DNA of 39,906 nucleotides from Bacteroidota bacterium (GTDB lineage Bacteria; Bacteroidota; Bacteroidia; Chitinophagales; Saprospiraceae): NCBI GenBank assembly GCA_038529855.1, contig JBCBDH010000001.1, positions 1 to 39,906 of the forward strand, read 5' to 3'. Shown piece by piece: positions 36,173 to 39,906 of this stretch (position 1 is its first letter; each line of letters starts with the position of its first letter). The notes under the pieces were generated by a model. It saw only the letters and a program-made list of their open reading frames with translations, ran no database searches and was not told where the DNA came from. The position numbers and the translations under genes were made by a program.

Positions 36173-37504
36173 TTAAATAACAAAGGGTCTATCATAAAGT
36201 CGGGAAAAGGCTCGATTACTCCCATAGGTATTTAAGGCTGGTGTAACATTGGGCAATCCTATTGCTTTAAGATTCCTGTGAAACTGTTTAGCTGAACCCT
36301 GAAAGCCTCCTCTCTGCCAAAGATTAATAATATTATTGGTAAAGAAACTGTAAACCTGACCAGCAGGGGTCGTCTGAGAGTCCTGGCAGGCAGATAGCGA
36401 GATGACAGAACAAGAAAGCTGCTGGTGTTCTCTTGGGCCTACAATATTTTTTATCGTATCATATATGTGTTGATTATTGTGATAGATGGGGCTAAAAAAT
36501 TCAATACTCTTAGCTTTACCCCCATTTTCATCATTGAATAGCTCTGTAAAAAATACGGCGATCTCCTGGTTGTTTTCTTTTTTTATTTTGGGTTCTTCTG
36601 CCCATTCTGGTTGGTCCCCTGCTAAAGCTTTTTCAATATTTTTGTAGGATATGGGTTTAAAGTCATCAAAGGTGTCCTCTATAGCCAAGGCTTTTGTTTC
36701 AAGCTTAGCAATTAGTCCTTTTTCATATTCCGCTCGTTCTGCGTATAATTCATCAGTAGATTTAGCTTTTGCAACCGTTCCGCTATGGCAACTATCAAAT
36801 ACGAGGTGAACGCGCACGCCTTCCTTAAACTGTCCGAGTAAGGCATAGAGTTCATCGTCAATGAGCATTCGATCATAGAAGCATAGGGTCTCATCTTTAT
36901 TGTCTGCTTCTTCATCAAGAGAGGTATTAGGGATTTGAGACCCGTGGCCAGAAAAGGTTAAGAGGAGGGAATCTCCACTGTATAACTCGTGGATAGCACT
37001 CCGCATAAAACTAGTGAAATTGCGGACGGTAGCTTCTTCGTTTTCAAGAAGGACCGCATCATAGCCCAGGCTATTGGCAATTTCATTCATCTTCCGTGCA
37101 TCATTGACACAACTGCTCAGATCAAAGGTGTTGCCGTAATGATTGGGATCGAGACGATCTACCCCTATGTGGATGCTCATTCCTCGAGGTTGTCGAATGA
37201 CATCTCCACTGTAAAGAGAATCGAGTTGGCTTAAGGTTTGCCGACCGACAAAGCCATCGGCAACAAGACCGTAATCGCGTTGAAAAGCCTCTACTGCGCG
37301 ATAAGTTCGCGATCCAAAATAACCATCAATCTCTGCTACCATTAAGTAGTCTTGATTAAGATCGGCTAGGGCAGACTGGATGGCGATGACTGCTGCGCGA
37401 TGTCTTTCTCTTCGACCTACGGGGCAATCATTGGATAAGGCTTTGGCTAAGCGGGTTCGACAACTTTGGGTTGGAATGCTGGTGAAGCGTTTTGATATTA
37501 ACAT
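36173..37504 (-). CDS. Peptidoglycan-binding-domain (PG_binding_1-like) plus caspase-like peptidase C14 protein
   Basis: The PG-binding pattern is VIAIQSALADLN...IDGYFGSRTYRAVEAFQRDYGLVADGFVGRQTLSQL. The caspase dyad contexts are LLLTFSGHGSQ (His codon at 36944-36946) and VHLVFDSCHSGT (Cys codon at 36788-36790). No signal peptide is visible. Confidence 0.85.
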   Translation of the reverse strand: MLISKRFTSIPTQSCRTRLAKALSNDCPVGRRERHRAAVIAIQSALADLNQDYLMVAEIDGYFGSRTYRAVEAFQRDYGLVADGFVGRQTLSQLDSLYSGDVIRQPRGMSIHIGVDRLDPNHYGNTFDLSSCVNDARKMNEIANSLGYDAVLLENEEATVRNFTSFMRSAIHELYSGDSLLLTFSGHGSQIPNTSLDEEADNKDETLCFYDRMLIDDELYALLGQFKEGVRVHLVFDSCHSGTVAKAKSTDELYAERAEYEKGLIAKLETKALAIEDTFDDFKPISYKNIEKALAGDQPEWAEEPKIKKENNQEIAVFFTELFNDENGGKAKSIEFFSPIYHNNQHIYDTIKNIVGPREHQQLSCSVISLSACQDSQTTPAGQVYSFFTNNIINLWQRGGFQGSAKQFHRNLKAIGLPNVTPALNTYGSNRAFSRLYDRPFVI

Positions 37505-37531
37505 GATTTTTCTTTTTTCTTTATTGAATAA

Positions 37532-38926
37532 TCACCAGGTGTAAGTGGGATTTGGATTAGGAGCAAATGGGATTTTTTCACAACCAAATCCAGCTACAAA
37601 TACACTGGTATTGATGGGTTCATTATCCTGTTGAGGCGTATTTGTTCTTTGTCCCAAAATGGCTTGTGCAATAGAAATACGCAAATTGGAATCGCGGGTA
37701 GTTAGTTGTCGGATATATCCAGCATTGAGCTTATTGTATCGTAGTTCATTAAGCTGTATTTGTGGTCTGGAGACCTGGTTTGAGATCAGTCGAAAGCGAT
37801 TGACTGAGGATCTATTAAGCGACAAGGTTTTATTCGCGGACCTGTTGACAACTCCACTACTGGGAACAAACTGATCACCAATATTTTTTGCTCTAAAGGC
37901 ATTATTGATATTGGCGATGTTAATTTGGTTGGAGATAACAGAGGTGTTTGGTGGCGTATATTCGCGCTTGGGTTCTGAATTGGTATTGAGCTCTTTTAGG
38001 CCCGCTAAATAGATGGTGCTTACATAGGCAGGTAATAAGCCATCAACACCATTTCCTTTAGATACACTTACTCCTTCATCATCATATCTCCAGTCATCTG
38101 CCTGATAGATTAAGGGATCAAACCATGGTCGGATACATTTGAGCGCGATGTAATCAAATCGGATTTCTCCAGAGCGATTGGTCCTGAAAGCCCGCCATTG
38201 ATTTTTTAAAGGATTGGATTTCATAATCTGATCAATATCGTCAAAAGAAATCTTGGCTTCCATCCAGGTCGCTCTGTTTATGGCTGAAATTGGAGCGAAA
38301 TAAACTGGGGCAAATGGCAGGTCACCAAATAAGCGAAGGCCATGGCCAGGGGGATCTTCCGATAAGGCAAATTTGGTATTTTCTGCATTTAATATCGAAG
38401 AGCGGTGACTTAATCGACTGATCGTTTCTAAAGCATTTTCTACTTCTTGCTTATGACCAATGACCATCCAGTTGCTCAGCGCCAGTTGTATATCTTCTGG
38501 ACTGCCTTCGCTACTGACCAAATCCTGGTAGATGTTTTTCATCTCCAGATAGAGTAGGTACTTATTAGAAAGTTTGGGCAATTGGTCTGCTTCTATGATG
38601 TAGAGTATTTTCTTTGCAGCCTCATAGGCCGCCTGTTCGGTACTTGTCCAGGGTTCTGAGGCAAAATCCATTCGGGCTAAAACATTCCTGTGCGTCCTCC
38701 ATAGAATGGAAGAGGCGTCGTAGATATCTGCAGCTCGCCCTTGTCGAGGAATGAAATTTGTCAGTCGCGCAAACTCGGCAGCTTGCGCAAGATCATGGAC
38801 GTCCTGAATCCCTTCAAGATTCACCAAGTTGATTGGCTGTGGTGTGCTGGGACAAACAAAAAAATGGTCATTTTTTTCTTGTTCATTAATCCAAGCAGCT
38901 AATCCGATGTGAAGACCTTTTTGCAT
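37532..38926 (-). CDS. Hypothetical protein Y (464 aa), paralogous to the upstream ORF X
   Basis: A long ORF lying 27 nt upstream of the caspase gene. It shares blocks with X: SNWMVIGHKQEVENALETISRL, LPFAPVYFAPIS...W and IRFDYIALKCIRPWFDPLIY. It has an N/S/R/Q-rich C-terminal tail. Confidence 0.85.
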   Translation of the reverse strand: MQKGLHIGLAAWINEQEKNDHFFVCPSTPQPINLVNLEGIQDVHDLAQAAEFARLTNFIPRQGRAADIYDASSILWRTHRNVLARMDFASEPWTSTEQAAYEAAKKILYIIEADQLPKLSNKYLLYLEMKNIYQDLVSSEGSPEDIQLALSNWMVIGHKQEVENALETISRLSHRSSILNAENTKFALSEDPPGHGLRLFGDLPFAPVYFAPISAINRATWMEAKISFDDIDQIMKSNPLKNQWRAFRTNRSGEIRFDYIALKCIRPWFDPLIYQADDWRYDDEGVSVSKGNGVDGLLPAYVSTIYLAGLKELNTNSEPKREYTPPNTSVISNQINIANINNAFRAKNIGDQFVPSSGVVNRSANKTLSLNRSSVNRFRLISNQVSRPQIQLNELRYNKLNAGYIRQLTTRDSNLRISIAQAILGQRTNTPQQDNEPINTSVFVAGFGCEKIPFAPNPNPTYTW

Positions 38927-38938
38927 AGGAACAACCGT

Positions 38939-39906
38939 TTAAACCCATTTTTTGACATCAGGAGAAGGATCGGCCGTCTTAGGAAAAAAAGCACTGAGAA
39001 AAGCGATCAATTGAATTCCTTTGATCGTAATGGTTGATCCTTGAATATCGAGATTACTTTCGTACTTTTTGTTGCTTTGGGAATAGTTACCCCCTATGGA
39101 AAATGGACCCCATCCAAAAGATGCTCCAGCTCGGATATCATCCTGTTTTCTTCTCATATAGCGGGCCATACTACTGCTGTATATTTTTAGATTTCGAACA
39201 AAGAGTGCCTTGGTTGGATAACCAATCATCGCCCCTTTTGGCGTCTTTTTTCCATCAGAGTGCAAATTTCCGTAGTCTCGAATGAAAGTCTCATTGGGCT
39301 TCCAGCCTCTCGAAAGAAAGAAGCTTGGATTAAATGCTGGTCGCATGATTTCTACTTGGGTATACTCGAAAGAGATGCCAAAGCTTTCTTGATTGAAACT
39401 AAACTTTTCGTCTTTATGACTTCCGCCAGCACTGCCACCAAAGGAAAATAAACCTAAGCTTAAGCCAGCTCTGCCTCCCCAAGTTCTTGAACTGGAAGAA
39501 GAACGGACCTTTCGATGCAATTCGCGTTCGCTAAATGTAGTCCATGACTTATTGCGAGCAAAAGAACCTGGCAAAATTGCTGCTGGGAAAAATGGATAAC
39601 CAAAACTACCATTGATGTTATTATTGATGTCTTCAACATCCTGTAGCAGTTTATCTTTCCACAAAACCATACTTCCACCAAGAATATGGTTGATGGTTGC
39701 CTGTGCGCGTTCTACATCCCTTTTGTATCCATTGGCAATCCAGTCTCGCATGGCGCTGATCATACGCTGTCTGTAAATCCCACCACTGCGAGTCCATTCG
39801 ATCAAATCCGCAGCCGTACCATTATTGGCTCTGGCTAGCCTTGTAGAATAGTCAATAACGGCATTCTCATAAGCCAATTGCTTATCTTTATAAGCAACCA
39901 TGACCC
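38939..39906 (-). CDS. Hypothetical protein X (at least 320 aa), probably N-terminally truncated by the window edge
   Basis: The track ORF is 38939-39901, but the frame stays open through the last in-frame codon before the edge. The region of Y that aligns to X's residue 1 begins near Y's residue 95. X has Gly/Ser-rich segments WGGRAGLSLGLFSFGGSAGGS and AGASFGWGPFSIGGNY. Confidence 0.8.
   Translation of the reverse strand, partial: VMVAYKDKQLAYENAVIDYSTRLARANNGTAADLIEWTRSGGIYRQRMISAMRDWIANGYKRDVERAQATINHILGGSMVLWKDKLLQDVEDINNNINGSFGYPFFPAAILPGSFARNKSWTTFSERELHRKVRSSSSSRTWGGRAGLSLGLFSFGGSAGGSHKDEKFSFNQESFGISFEYTQVEIMRPAFNPSFFLSRGWKPNETFIRDYGNLHSDGKKTPKGAMIGYPTKALFVRNLKIYSSSMARYMRRKQDDIRAGASFGWGPFSIGGNYSQSNKKYESNLDIQGSTITIKGIQLIAFLSAFFPKTADPSPDVKKWV

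Noticed and set aside
38939-39906. Calling ORF X a bacterial gasdermin because it sits upstream of a caspase-like protease
   Set aside because: I see no sequence feature that supports a gasdermin fold. X is probably longer than 320 aa and has a paralogue (Y) of 464 aa. I kept only the gene-context analogy as a hypothesis.
1-39906. tRNA, rRNA, integrase, transposase, or att-like direct repeats that would mark a mobile island
   Set aside because: I recognised none. All intergenic regions are short (at most about 420 nt) and lack cloverleaf-like or IS-end-like structure. I did not compute base composition, and by eye it is broadly uniform apart from the AT-rich gene at 30352-31719.

Overview
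The window looks like a Bacteroidota chromosome segment. This is an inference from three things: clearly real genes lack Shine-Dalgarno motifs and have A-rich leaders, several proteins have lipoprotein or signal-peptide N-termini, and one has a T9SS-type C-terminal sorting region. Left flank (1-4125): a partial secreted protein that the ORF track missed, a thioredoxin-reductase-like flavoprotein, and an MlrC/M81-like lipoprotein peptidase. Centre (4489-28811): nine co-directional, tightly spaced genes spanning about 24.3 kb, none of which I can place in a characterised family. They are a 3269-aa giant protein, three unknown proteins (518, 326 and 1253 aa), and five tandem paralogues of about 520-535 aa. 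Each paralogue has a conserved N-terminal domain, three Ig-like repeats and a divergent C-terminal domain. None of the nine has a Sec signal, lipobox, TM helix or catalytic motif visible by eye, in contrast to the flanking genes. This cluster is my main candidate for an undescribed system, possibly a scaffold plus core proteins plus interchangeable tip or cargo proteins. Right flank: a CPA2 antiporter, an AT-rich all-alpha orphan, a small T9SS-type protein and three envelope proteins (one a PKD/beta-propeller lipoprotein). At the right edge sits a minus-strand operon encoding two mutually paralogous unknown proteins followed by a peptidoglycan-binding-domain/caspase (C14) protease, a second candidate system that the window edge truncates. 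I recognised no rRNA, tRNA, CRISPR array, transposase or integrase. All family calls come from motifs read by eye. No searches were run.
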